DNA from: Octopus bimaculoides
Lineage: Eukaryota
Assembly: GCF_001194135.2 (NCBI RefSeq)
Contig: NC_068991.1
Coordinates: 16,272,438 to 16,336,437 of the forward strand
Reading direction: 5' to 3'
DNA length: 64,000 nt
Shown: one piece after another, positions 1 through 11,108 of the stretch
Position numbering within the stretch: the stretch's first letter is position 1
Layout: each line of letters opens with the position of its first letter
Notes under the pieces: generated by a model
The model's database searches: none
What the model saw: only the letters and a program-made list of their open reading frames with translations
Told to the model about the DNA's origin: nothing
Program-made: the position numbers and the translations under genes

Positions 1-77
1 TACTTTAGCCCTTCATCTCAAGGCATAAAGCTTTCCCTTCGGAGTTCGGAGTTTTGCAAGCTGCTTGGCAACCTCAC

Positions 78-256
78 TGGTGCTGGTGGCAGGAAAAATG
101 CATCCAATGTATGATGTAAAATTGTTGGCATTAGGAAAGGTATTCAGCCATAGAAACTATTCCAGAGCAGACACTGGAGCACAATGCAGTCCTTGGATCC
201 ATCACATCCCGTCCAACCCATGCCAGAATGGAACATGGACATTAAATTATAATGAT
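78..256 (+). mobile_element. SINE 3' portion (family H; tail ...ccgtccaacccatgccag...gttaaa(tga)n)
   Basis: The tail motif tccaacccatgc...ggacattaa recurs at 48085-48150, 49125-49180 (minus), 57700-57745 and 62220-62280. Confidence 0.6.
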
Positions 257-896
257 TCTACATTTCTTCATTTCACCAAGGTATCTGTAATATGTAAGCT
301 TTTTTTTTTTTTTTTNNNNNNNNNNGGGTTCTGTATAACCAATAGCTTTCTATCAAGCTTTGATCAAATTTTATCAGTGACAATAAGGTATGATTTTTGA
401 GGGAAATTTGGTTCTATTTCTTGCAATTCATGCAACTGTAGTAGAAGTTGGCTTGTTTAACAATTCTTTGTCTTTACTGGCTGACGTGGGTTGGTCAGAA
501 TTGTCATACTTTCTTCATAATTTTTACTACGACAGCTACGAAGAGCCAAAATTTTGATGTCTGTTTCCTAGCACTCCTCTAAATTTTTCAATAATGAGCT
601 TATTGTATACAGTGTGCAGGTGCACTGTCACTCATTGGAAAAGCTTAAAAAAGGGGACACAGGACAGATAGAAGTCCTGGACAGGAAGACAACAATGAGA
701 GAGAAGTACATGTATAGTAAACAATAAAATACAAAACAGGAAAGTGGTTATTTAAGAGTCATAAAGAGAAAAAGATGCTTAGGCATGTCTGGAGCAGTGT
801 TGGAGAATTTCAAGAAACACAGAATATTTTAAGGATGTAGTGTTCTGTCGGCCAATGCCAAGAGAAGCAATATGCTTAAGATATTGTATGAGAAAG

Positions 897-1258
897 TGAA
901 GGCAAATGGCTCAATGGTTAGAGTGTTGGGCTTAGAGTTGTGAGTTTGATTTCTTGGACTAGGCTGTGAGTTGTATTCTTGAGCAAGACACTTTATTTCA
1001 TGTTGTTTCAGTTCACTCAGTGCCAAGCTGTATCAGCCTTTGCCTTTCCCTTAGACATTGGTGGCACGAGGGGGGGGGAGACTGATATGCATGGGTGACT
1101 GGTGCTGGTTGTCCACAAGCAACTTTGCTGGACTTGTACCATGGAGGGTAACTTTTAGGTGCAATCCCATGGTCACTTATGACCAAAGGTGGGAGGGGGG
1201 TCTTTACCCCCACTTCATGGTATGTGAATTGGATGACAAATTTATGCCTATGACCTGA
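897..1258 (+). mobile_element. tRNA-derived SINE, family A (decayed)
   Basis: A-box-like ggctcaatggttagag head; body gcaagacactttatttca...cagttcactcag shared with 16133-16462 (-) and 44037-44362 (+). Confidence 0.75.
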
Positions 1259-1919
1259 ATAAGAACTCAGAAAACAAAAGTCCAGAACAGAACATAGCAA
1301 GGCATCCTGTAAGAGACTCTTCCAGTACACAGGCCTATACTAGAATTTTATTTTATCAACCTCAGCAGGACTTGAATTCAGAAAGCAAGGAACCGGGAGT
1401 AAACACTACAAGGTATTTTGTCCAATGCTCTAATGACTGTCAAATACTTACATGATCATAAAATAGTGTGTGGGCTTATAAGGAATATAACTACACTCTT
1501 TGAGATCCACTATGAAATGCTGTTCCCACATTTTAGACAGTACTGTTACACACAACCACCTGATAGCATATCCAAAAGAGAGCTCGCCTACTGCTTAGCA
1601 AAAACTCCTTAGTCAACACACTAACTTCTCACCCACAGCATTTATAATTCTATCACAACAGCCTTTGTTCCTTAGAACTAACTACTTTTGTATAAAACAC
1701 CTCCATCCAACTTATCTGTCCTTCCTCCTAATGTTTGCTCACACTACTCCTTTTTACTATAGTCATTAGCATTTCAGATTTGATGTCATCATTTCTATTT
1801 GTTTTGTTCTTTGTCTGTAGACTGATTTCTTTGTTAATACCACCATATTCCTTGACATTTAGCCATCCATTTCTTCTGTCTTATGAAAAGTTCAGCAGAG
1901 TTGATGACTTTGGACTATA

Positions 1920-2024
1920 TACAAATTTGTGTGTGTGCATGTGTACAAGTGTCTGTATATGCATGTGTTGCTGTTGTACATTTGTATGTCTTTATATATG
2001 TTAAACGATGATGACAGTGATGTA

Positions 2025-2074
<50 letters not shown>

Positions 2075-2290
2075 AGCAGAGTACATATTTCTACTTGTGT
2101 TTGTGTCAATGGTCATGTATTTGTGTATGTAAATGTTTACAAGTTCACAAACACACACATAAATATATGGGTGTAAACATATATGTTAGTATGTTTATAC
2201 AAACAAAAATATTTGTGTATTCATTTGTTTCTTTCAGATACACGTATATGCATGCATACATACATGTATTTGTGTGTGAATTTATCTCAC
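1920..2290. repeat. (TA)/(CA)/(TG) compound microsatellite
   Basis: Visible dinucleotide arrays; source of the spurious YIYI/CVCV ORFs. Confidence 0.9.
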
Positions 2291-2450
2291 AAATAAAGCA
2301 GCACTTAAACATGTTTAGTATTAAAAAACCTGACATTCTAATGGAACAAATTTCATGTGTGTGAGGAAAGAAAATATATTTTTTTAATGTATGTACATGT
2401 ATGGATTTTTGTATATAATCATCTGCACTTTTATACACACACACACACAC

Positions 2451-2587
2451 ATTAGCTTTTACAAAAAAAAAAAAAAAAGGTAGTAATGAATTTAAAGTTT
2501 TAGCTTGCCTCCATCAGATAATCTGATGAAAGTGAGCAAGCTAAAATTTTGAAGTCACCATCAACCATTTCCTTCGAAAAGTTAATA
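2451..2587. mobile_element. Short palindromic MITE, copy 1 (decayed)
   Basis: Hairpin-like; homologous to 3291-3423. Confidence 0.55.
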
Positions 2588-3290
2588 AACATGTATGCTG
2601 TTGAAAAAGTATTGAGTAATCTTTCAGTTTAATGTTAAATTGTTTGTGCAGTTGTGACTGTGTGGTTTGCTTCCAAAGCACATAGTTTTGGGTTCGGTTC
2701 CATTGCGTGCCTCCTTGGGAAAGTATCTTCTATATTCCTAGGCTGACCAAAGCTTTGTGAGTGGATTTGGTAGATGCAAAATGAAAGAAGCTGGCTAACG
2801 TTGGTTTCATGCCAAGAATTCTCAACAATTATGAAGCCTGCCACATGGGATGCTGGTACTTGTCTCCATCTTGGATGAGGATGCAAGATGGTGAAGAGTA
2901 CCAATGTTCCATGTGGTGGGCTTGATAATTATTGGCATGAAACTATTGATTGCCTTGTTAACCCACAAATAAAGAATATTTATTCACCAATGCAGTGTTG
3001 AGCACTGTTTGATATTAGCGTGTGTGTGTGTTACTATCTCCTTGCCTTGACATCATGTGATATTTGTATACAAGGATCACTATCATGCAAACTGCGTTTT
3101 TCATCTCTAATCTTCTGTAAAAACATGTCTGGCCATTTGAAGATATTACATTGCTTGGAAACAGGTGGAGGTTGGCAACAGGAAGGGCAAGTGGCTGTAG
3201 AAAATCTACCCCAGCAAATTCCTTCCAACCCATGTGAGCATAGAAAAATGATTGTTAAAAATTGATGACACATTCACACACACACACACA

Positions 3291-3423
3291 TATTAACTTT
3301 TACAAGGAAAAGGTTGATGGTGACAGAAGCTTCAGCTTGTCCACTTTTATCTGACTGTCTGGTGAAGGCAAGTAAGCTGATACTTCGAAGTTACTGTCAA
3401 ACCTTTTCTTGTAAATGTTAATA
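3291..3423. mobile_element. Short palindromic MITE, copy 2
   Basis: Termini tattaacttttacaaggaaaaggttga / tcaaaccttttcttgtaaatgttaata are imperfect inverted repeats; TA at both ends. Confidence 0.65.
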
Positions 3424-5264
3424 AATATGCACTCTAATAAAAAGTATTGTTTTCTACAGTTTAACATTAAACTATGCTTATAACTTGACTTCAACATTAA
3501 ACATTAATATATGGTGCCACATAAAAAGCACCCAGTACAATTTGTAAAATGTTTGGTGTTAGAAAGGGCATCCAACTATAGAGACCATGCCAGAACAGAC
3601 AATGGAGTTTGGTGTGGGCCCCTGGCCTTACCAGCTTCTCTCAAACCGTGCAACCATACATTATCTTGTAGCTTTGAGATTTTAATGATGTGATTGTTTA
3701 GTTTTAGAATTACATTGTAAAGTGGGTGCAAGAGGCCTAATCTGGTGGTCAGTTTGAACATAAAACAAAAATATTTTGGCCGGTTTGAATACTAAAGGGT
3801 TAAATTTCACTCTACCATCTTGAAAAGTGCTGGAGTACATTTAGTAATGTATTCTTGTGGTTGTAATTTCATTGATCAAATATATGTCCAGCTAGGACTG
3901 TCTTAGTGCTAAAACAACAATTGTAAACAAGACAGTCTTCTCCACTTAGGAATAGTTAGTCAAGACACTTGATTCAAGATGAGAGTAGTCCACTTGACTA
4001 TGAATACATACAACTAAGTGCTATTGTGTCAACATTGTTAGCTAACCACTAATATTTCCTAATTATCTCATTCAACCATATTCAGCTTATTTCTATTGTT
4101 GATTTGTAAATCTTCAAGCTGCATCCTTTTCTCATTAACAAATCAAGTTGTTTTATTGTTTTATTCTCTGATGCAACAGCAAGATATAATATTTAAAATG
4201 TCAGCTTAATTATTTATGAAGTTGGCGACATGGTTGAAGGATGTAGTATCAATGTACATGTTTATAAGTCACAAGTTCATACTTGTGGCTTTTATTTCAT
4301 TTTGTTTTCAGGCAGAACACTTTATTAATCAGAATAATGAATTGCACATTTATTCTTAATGCATTCCAGCCGATTTGAATGTGTATATGCTAATTGTTGT
4401 GTTTGTCACAGGAGAACAGCTTCTCTTTTATAACGACTATGTATTCATAACACACTTAATTCATTGAAATAAGGGATTCTGGACTACTGATGTTTTGTCT
4501 CAGCAACCAGAACTATCTGGACTATTGAATCTAATAGGTGCCAATAACTTTGTTTATAATTTCAGTGAATAGTTTGTTCACTGATCCATGCTGATATCTG
4601 CCAGCTAATAATAAATTGTTCTATGCATGGTGAACAGCAAGATTCAAAACGGTGAAATGTTTATTTATTCTTAATAAGCTCCTGTAGATTTGAACGCAAA
4701 TATGCTAATTTTTACTCTTCATTGACTCTATTAATGAATACCAGGTCAGTGTGATAATTTTCAGACTACTGCCTGTCAATCAAGAATAGGTCCCAGATTA
4801 CACTGAGAATATTCACTTTCACATCACAGTTCAACTAGTTTGTTTTGTCTGACAACAATCTACCAACCACCTCACTCGGCAGCCTTGACATTGGTACTTG
4901 ACTCCAATGTCAAGGGGTATGATGTGTGTATGAAAGAAAGAGAGAGAGAGAGGGTGGGGGCTCTTATGATGTCTTCTTAAAGCACTCCTGGAGTAACACA
5001 ACTGGTAACGTTTTAGTATATTGTGTCTGTGTGTGTGTGGGACAATTGCTTGTCAAATTTATCACATTAAGCATAGTGTTTCCACTACCATGTAAACACA
5101 TTCCACGGCTATCCCCATCTATCTATCTATCTCTTCTCCTTCTCTCTCTTTGTATATATGTATATAATATACATGTGTGTGTATATATATATGTATATAA
5201 TATATATGTATATGTAAATATATGTGTGTATATATATGTGTATATGTATATATTTATGTGTATA

Positions 5265-5311
<47 letters not shown>

Positions 5312-6324
5312 GCAGTGTGGAAGGTGTTTATAAGCCATTTAAAATAACACACAAAATCCGTTAGATTCACTTCAACATTTAAATTTGTCAAAATATTTTC
5401 GTTGCTTTGAGACCGCGACCTGTTCACTGACAAAATTCTGTGCTACACACACATACATATATNNNNNNNNNNNNNTATACAAAGGCTTAGCGGTATTTTG
5501 CCTGTGCTTACATTTTGAGTTCAAATTCCGTCGAGGTCGACTTTTTATCCATTTCAGATCTATTCAATTTGACATACAGATTATTTGATTAATTTTTTTT
5601 TAACTAAACACTTTGAAACTTAGAGGTGTCACATACAACAGAGTTTACTCTTAACGTTTTTGACAAAATTTTGTATTTTAGAAGTTATTTCGTCACAAGT
5701 TACAGAGTGATAATGGACAAATTCGTGTCTGATAAGTGCCAATACACGAAACTCTTAGCTTTTGACTTACTCTCTAGCTTCTGCTGATGATATATATGCA
5801 TATCATACATATATGCATAAAAAAAATCTCATCATGCAATCAAACCAATGAAAGAGCCTCTACCTGGTCGCTCGACACGCTAAAAATAGCAGCCAATGTA
5901 TCCCCTTACCCAGTATTTTATAAGGTAATTTTTAAAAATTTCTTTATGCTTTGAAGACAGCAGAAATTGAAAGCGAGGAGAAAGTGAAAAGGCAACATTT
6001 GCTTTGAAGTGAGAGCAGAAAGTGAAAGATGTATGCATATATATGGACGTGTGTGTAAATGTCCATATCATATATGGTAAGCAACCACATAGTCTTGCTA
6101 CTGTTGACCCAGCAGAACTGTCAGGATATGACAGCTGGTGGGAGAAAGGGCTGCACTACTGCAACCAGATGGCTTTTTATCTCAGATAATTAAACTGGAG
6201 TAACAAAAATGTAAAGTGCCTTGCTTAAGGACACAAGCACCATTGTATCTAGGTATTAAACATGTGACCTTATGATCAGGAATTAAACAATTTAATCACC
6301 ATATATATTTATTCATTTATTTTT

Positions 6325-6682
6325 TTACTTGTTTCAGTCATTTGACTGCGGCCATGCTAGTGGACCACCTGAAAGTGTTTTTGTTGAACAAGTCGACCCC
6401 AGGACTTATTTCTTTAAGCTTAGTTCTTATTCTATCAGTCTTTTTTGCCAAACCACTAAGTTATGGGGGACATAAATACACCAGCACCGGTTGTCAAGTG
6501 GTGATGGTGGGACAAAAAGACACAGATATATATACAACAGTCTTCTTTCAGTTTCATTCTATCCACTCACATGGCTTTGGTCGTCTCGAGGCTATAGTAG
6601 AAGACACTTACCCAAGGTGCCATGCTGTAGGACTGAACTCAGAACCATATGATTGGGAACAAGCTTCATACCACACAGCATA
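6325..6682 (-). mobile_element. tRNA-derived SINE, family B
   Basis: Colinear with copies at 22411-23160, 48546-48948, 51361-51770 and 59204-59560. Confidence 0.85.
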
Positions 6683-7003
6683 TATATGTGTGTGTGTGTG
6701 TTGACGTCATAATAATTTATAAATTACAAGGACATGAAATAATTCTTTTTAGGAATAGTGAATCTTGAAGCCACTGAAGCTATAAATAACATGTAAAGGG
6801 TTTTAACCCAATTTTTATATGCTATAGTTTTTATTTCGTTTGAGATTCTTAAAAAGAGTTATTAACTAACTGTAGACAAAAGGAACATTGTAAAACTGAC
6901 AATTTTTTTTTTTTTTTTTTTTGTTAGCATGCATTATTCAGTTCATTTCACTGTTAGTGGGGGTGGGTATGGCTTGGAGAGAAAAAGGCATCATTTAAAA
7001 GGA

Positions 7004-7050
7004 TTATCCCTCAGCCCAATATATAGAAGGCATCATCCTGAGTAGTGATT
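7004..7050 (-). CDS. Candidate terminal exon C1 of putative secreted peptide precursor (xSLLRMMPSIYWAEG*)
   Basis: Acceptor cctgtttcacAG; ~90% identical paralog at 10484-10530 with the same stop. Reading frame inferred from the phase of exon B. Confidence 0.4.
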
Positions 7051-7179
7051 CTGTGAAACAGGTTTGTTTATGGCAACCCCAATTTAATGTCCAGCAAATT
7101 ACTGCCTGTGTTGTTGCCACACCATGTGTTTACAAGACATCATTCTGCCTATCTGTCTGTCTCCATATCTCTCTGTCTG

Positions 7180-7210
<31 letters not shown>

Positions 7211-8287
7211 CTGTCTCTCTCTATCTATCTATCTCCCTCCTTCTCTACTCCTCTCCCTCATATACACATTCTGCTCCAAAATATCAGCACTCCAAACTTA
7301 TACACAACTCCATGTGTCAGCAGTTTCCAAATCATCGTATGTTGCTATTTTCTCTAAGTCAGCCCTGATTCAGCAGGCTTATAATCAAAGGTGTTTCAGT
7401 TGTGGCCATCCAGTCTTATTTTTAAACATAGTATATGTTTCTAAAGACTACTTTATCCAATGTGTCCTTTCATTAAAACAGTAGAATGCAATTTTAGGAA
7501 ATTAGGTTGGTATTTCTAGCAAACTGAGAAACCACGTAAAAGTGTAGCAGAGCTACATATTACATAGTAATATGTGAGGCGACCTGCACAACAGACGAAT
7601 ATATCGATGAGGCATCTAGCCTCCCTTTGATACACTAGCCTTACTTAGATACAGTAGCCTTGTTCTGACACACTAGCCTCGTGCTGAGCTACACTGTAAA
7701 AACACAGTTCCTGCCAGGCTTCGGTCAAAGACACATGTCTATTCACTTTGACACAAGATATATGGTTCGTAAACGAAGCTATTTTATCACACACATTCTC
7801 AAAATGACTTCTCATTACACACTTGCATACATACTGTAATACAAATATTATATGTAACTTCGTTTAGTGCAAAAGCAAAAATCAAAACTTTCTTTGTATG
7901 TGAACACATGTTTTTGTATCATACTACATGCTTCCATCACAAAAGGTGAGCACAGAATAAACAATATATTTATACATAAAAATGTCTTATAGTGATTCAT
8001 ACTACCTGTTTTTTCCATGTAATAACATGCACTTGGACAGCCGCTACAAAATGGAGTCACATATGGGAGATTGCGCATGGAGCTGCAGAGAAGATGTACG
8101 TCTTTGATTGAAGCCTAGCAAGAACTGAGAGTTTCTACTGTGTAGCTCAGAAGGAGGCTAGTGTCTCAGAACGAGGCTACTGTATCAAAGTGAGGCTAGT
8201 GTATCAAAGCGAGGCTAGATGCCTCATCGATATAGGGGGTTCCTATAAGGTTGTTATCCACCCCTGATTGGAACTCCCCCGTATGAC

Positions 8288-8575
8288 ATGTACGCATGCT
8301 CAGTGACTTGCTTTAACTTCCGCAGACGCAAATACTGCTGTATATGCAGCCACTATAGAGGGAAGAATGTAGACGGCAAAGTTATTTCACTATTTAAATA
8401 TCCTGCAAACGTAGCTATTCGTCGTATTTGGCTTCAGAGATCGAGACTTCTGAGGAAAGAGTTTGTTTACACTGCAAATAGCCAAATGTGTTCCCAGCAT
8501 TTCGTCAATTTTAATGGACCATCGAAAGATCACCCCTTGCCATCCGTTTTTCCAAACAAAGTATTTAAAATATCA
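8288..8575 (+). CDS. THAP zinc-finger domain exon (transposase N-terminus)
   Basis: KYCCICSH...SLFKYP...W...CSQHF...P.PSVFP matches the C2CH THAP signature; GTAAGT donor at 8576. Confidence 0.85.
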
Positions 8576-9387
8576 GTAAGTGCATGATCATATACACAGT
8601 TAGTAGATGAGTGANNNNNNNNNNNNNNNNNNNNNNNNNNNNNNNNNNNNNNNNNNNNNNNNNNNNNNNNNNNNNNNNNNNNNNNNNNNNNNNNNNNNNN
8701 NNNNNNNNNNNNNNNNNNNNNNNNNNNNNNNNNNNNNNNNNNNNNNNNNNNNNNNNNNNNNNNNNNNNNNNNNNNNNNNNNNNNNNNNNNNNNNNNNNNN
8801 NNNNNNNNNNNNNNNNNNNNNNNNNNNNNNNNNNNNNNNNNNNNNNNNNNNNNNNNNNNNNNNNNNNNNNNNNNNNNNNNNNNNNNNNNNNNNNNNNNNN
8901 NNNNNNNNNNNNNNNNNNNNNNNNNNNNNNNNNNNNNNNNNNNNNNNNNNNNNNNNNNNNNNNNNNNNNNNNNNNNNNNNNNNNNNNNNNNNNNNNNNNN
9001 NNNNNNNNNNNNNNNNNNNNNNNNNNNNNNNNNNNNNNNNNNNNNNNNNNNNNNNNNNNNNNNNNNNNNNNNNNNNNNNNNNNNNNNNNNNNNNNNNNNN
9101 NNNNNNNNNNNNNNNNNNNNNNNNNNNNNNNNNNNNNNNNNNNNNNNNNNNNNNNNNNNNNNNNNNNNNNNNNNNNNNNNNNNNNNNNNNNNNNNNNNNN
9201 NNNNNNNNNNNNNNNNNNNNNNNNNNNNNNNNNNNNNNNNNNNNNNNNNNNNNNNNNNNNNNNNNNNNNNNNNNNNNNNNNNNNNNNNNNNNNNNNNNNN
9301 NNNNNNNNNNNNNNNNNNNNNNNNNNNNNNNNNNNNNNNCCGATGAATTTACTTTGTTGACATTCTTCATCGACAGAATTTTTATAC

Positions 9388-9506
9388 CTTTCAATCAAGT
9401 CCGCCTTTCTTCCAGTAACATACTGTCCATATAATCTTAAATATTTCTTTAACTCAGGCACAGTAAGTACTTCGATAGCTGAATCACCGAGCTGCTTTAT
9501 ATCCAT
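9388..9506 (-). CDS. SAP domain exon (transposon accessory protein N-terminus)
   Basis: MDIKQLGDSAIEVLTVPELKKYLRLYGQYVTGRKADLIER matches the SAP consensus LTVxELKxxLxxxGLxxSGxKxxLIxR; AG|GTATAA donor follows. Confidence 0.8.
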
Positions 9507-9896
9507 GATAAGACGTAAAACAATAGCATGGATAGTCTGCGGAAGTTTAATTGTCTACATGGAGCGCCGCCTAGCCAAGGGAGATAACCTACTTATAGGA
9601 AAGCCCTATATTCTTCTGCTGTGTGGGTCGACTCACATATTAGTAGCTCTGCTACAAAAACTTCTGTTTGTTTAACCACTGTATGTTTTATGGAAATTAC
9701 TTGTTAGAAGACAAAAGAATACCACTTGCTCTTGAAGAGAGAAAAACTTGCGAGAGTTGAACTCAGAAGTTTGAAGATAGCTCAAAACTGACTTTGAATG
9801 TTAAAGAAGTTATTTTAAATTCTCAAACGCAGGATAATGCTAATAATATAGGCTGAACAGGATAAACTACCCCTATTTGACAGAAAAAAGTGTAGG

Positions 9897-9974
9897 CGGC
9901 CAGTCATGAGACTCGAACTCACACCTCCGTGATTACGCGTCGCGGTGCTCTCGACCAATTAAGCTAAACTGCCC
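9897..9974 (-). tRNA. tRNA-Thr(CGT)-like gene or pseudogene / SINE head
   Basis: A box TAGCTTAATTGG, B box GTTCGAGTC, acceptor stem 6/7 pairs, D and T stems intact, T6 run ~8 nt downstream. Non-canonical G33, a C-A mismatch in the anticodon stem and 78-nt length argue for a pseudogene. Confidence 0.55.
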
Positions 9975-10483
9975 AACCGCAAGTTTTTCTCCAAATTTAA
10001 GATGTATAAAAGTCTTGCTTTATGGGACGCTATCATGTTCCCTTCTTTCTAAATTTGATCTGCGGCTATGTTGAGGCACTGCTCTAAATGGTTTTAGTCA
10101 ATTATATAGACTCAAGTACTTATTTTCAAGTCTGCTATTTCTCTTATTGAACACTATTTGTCAAACTGATATGTTACAAAAGAAAGAGACATACACACAT
10201 CCACGCGTGCGCCAGCGTACACATACATACACATGCACTCACATAACGAGCTTCCAAACAGTATCTGCTTGCCAATTTCAGCTGAAGGCTATATCAGAAG
10301 TCACTTGTCTAAGATATCAAGCAGTTGGTTTGAACTCTGAACCACCTGCTTGCGAAGGAAACTCCTTCCTCCGATTTCACAATTGTGCTTGTATCTATGT
10401 CTGCATTCCATTTACTGGTTTTAAAATATATTCCGCGGGAAGGTGGGTATGGCTTGGAGAGAAAAGGGCATCATTCAAAAGGA

Positions 10484-10530
10484 TTATCCCTCAACCCAAT
10501 ATACAGAAGGCATCATCGTGAATAGTGATT
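10484..10530 (-). CDS. Candidate terminal exon C2 (xSLFTMMPSVYWVEG*); alternative acceptor at 10570
   Basis: Acceptor cctgtttcacAG; paralog of 7004-7050. A second acceptor with a better pyrimidine tract (cttgactctcctaccaaccAG) lies 40 nt upstream. Confidence 0.42.
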
Positions 10531-11060
10531 CTGTGAAACAGGTTTTGTTTATGGCGACCCCAATTTGTATCTGGTTGGTAGGAGAGTCAAGAACAGACTG
10601 AATCAGAGAGAAAAAGAAGTGAAAACTACCATTGTAGCTGAAGCGCCTTAAACAGAAGAAGAAGAAGAAAGCTGTTTGTTGATATAATGAGCTCGTCATT
10701 TGTCAGCTGCTTTGAACGTTTCAAATAGTCCGGCCGCATGAACACGCCATTGTTCACGACGTTACGATCGACAGCATTAAAAAAAGAATCTGTTTCATCA
10801 TCTTATACAAATTTATGTTAATACTATATATTGTTTTATGTCTTAACTTTCAAGTATACGGTAAGTAAAATAACATTTCTAATAACATCGTCTTTAATTA
10901 ATACCCGGTATTCTATATGATATGGTAACTTTTACACTGTTGCTTAAGCTATCCTTAAACTTAGGCGAGTTTCTTATTTCAAAGGTCGTCTTATACCTCA
11001 GATATTAGCTAAAGTCATGAACATTTACTTGCATTTTTGGGCCGTCTTATCCGTAGGTCA

Positions 11061-11108
<48 letters not shown>

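Larger units (their letters stand above)
8234..9607. mobile_element. Two-gene DNA transposon (ISL2EU-like or Kolobok-like), gapped or internally deleted
   Basis: 25-bp TIRs agggggttcctataaggttgttatc vs agggctttcctataagtaggttatc (20/25). AT duplicated at 8232-8233 and 9608-9609. Convergent THAP and SAP coding exons inside. Confidence 0.8.
7543..9656. mobile_element. Long-TIR non-autonomous DNA transposon (fold-back MITE) interrupted by a nested element
   Basis: Left arm 7543-7732 is the reverse complement of 8100-8233 plus 9610-9656; arms contain ~19-bp tandem subrepeats (gaggctagtgtatcaaagc-like). No clear TSD. Confidence 0.85.

Noticed and set aside
5729-5752. Hammerhead-like core CTGATAA-gtg-ccaata-cac-GAAAC
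   Set aside because: Non-canonical core, no stem III/cleavage triplet downstream, and a competing ttcgtgt/acacgaa hairpin. At most a dead remnant.
6962-7088. H/ACA or C/D snoRNA reading of the C pair
   Set aside because: ANANNA and ACA are only ~30 nt apart, too short for a second hairpin; no terminal D box on the minus strand.
8565-9506. Long ORFs spanning N runs (also at 17193, 26292, 30053, 31445, 33497, 46994)
   Set aside because: They are open only because N codons do not stop translation; only the THAP and SAP portions are real.
10147-10521. 124-aa plus-strand ORF overlapping the C2 duplicate
   Set aside because: The 5' part is a decayed SINE plus microsatellite; the other open plus frame (VGMAWREKGII...) has a stop in the 7.0-kb copy and no valid acceptor.
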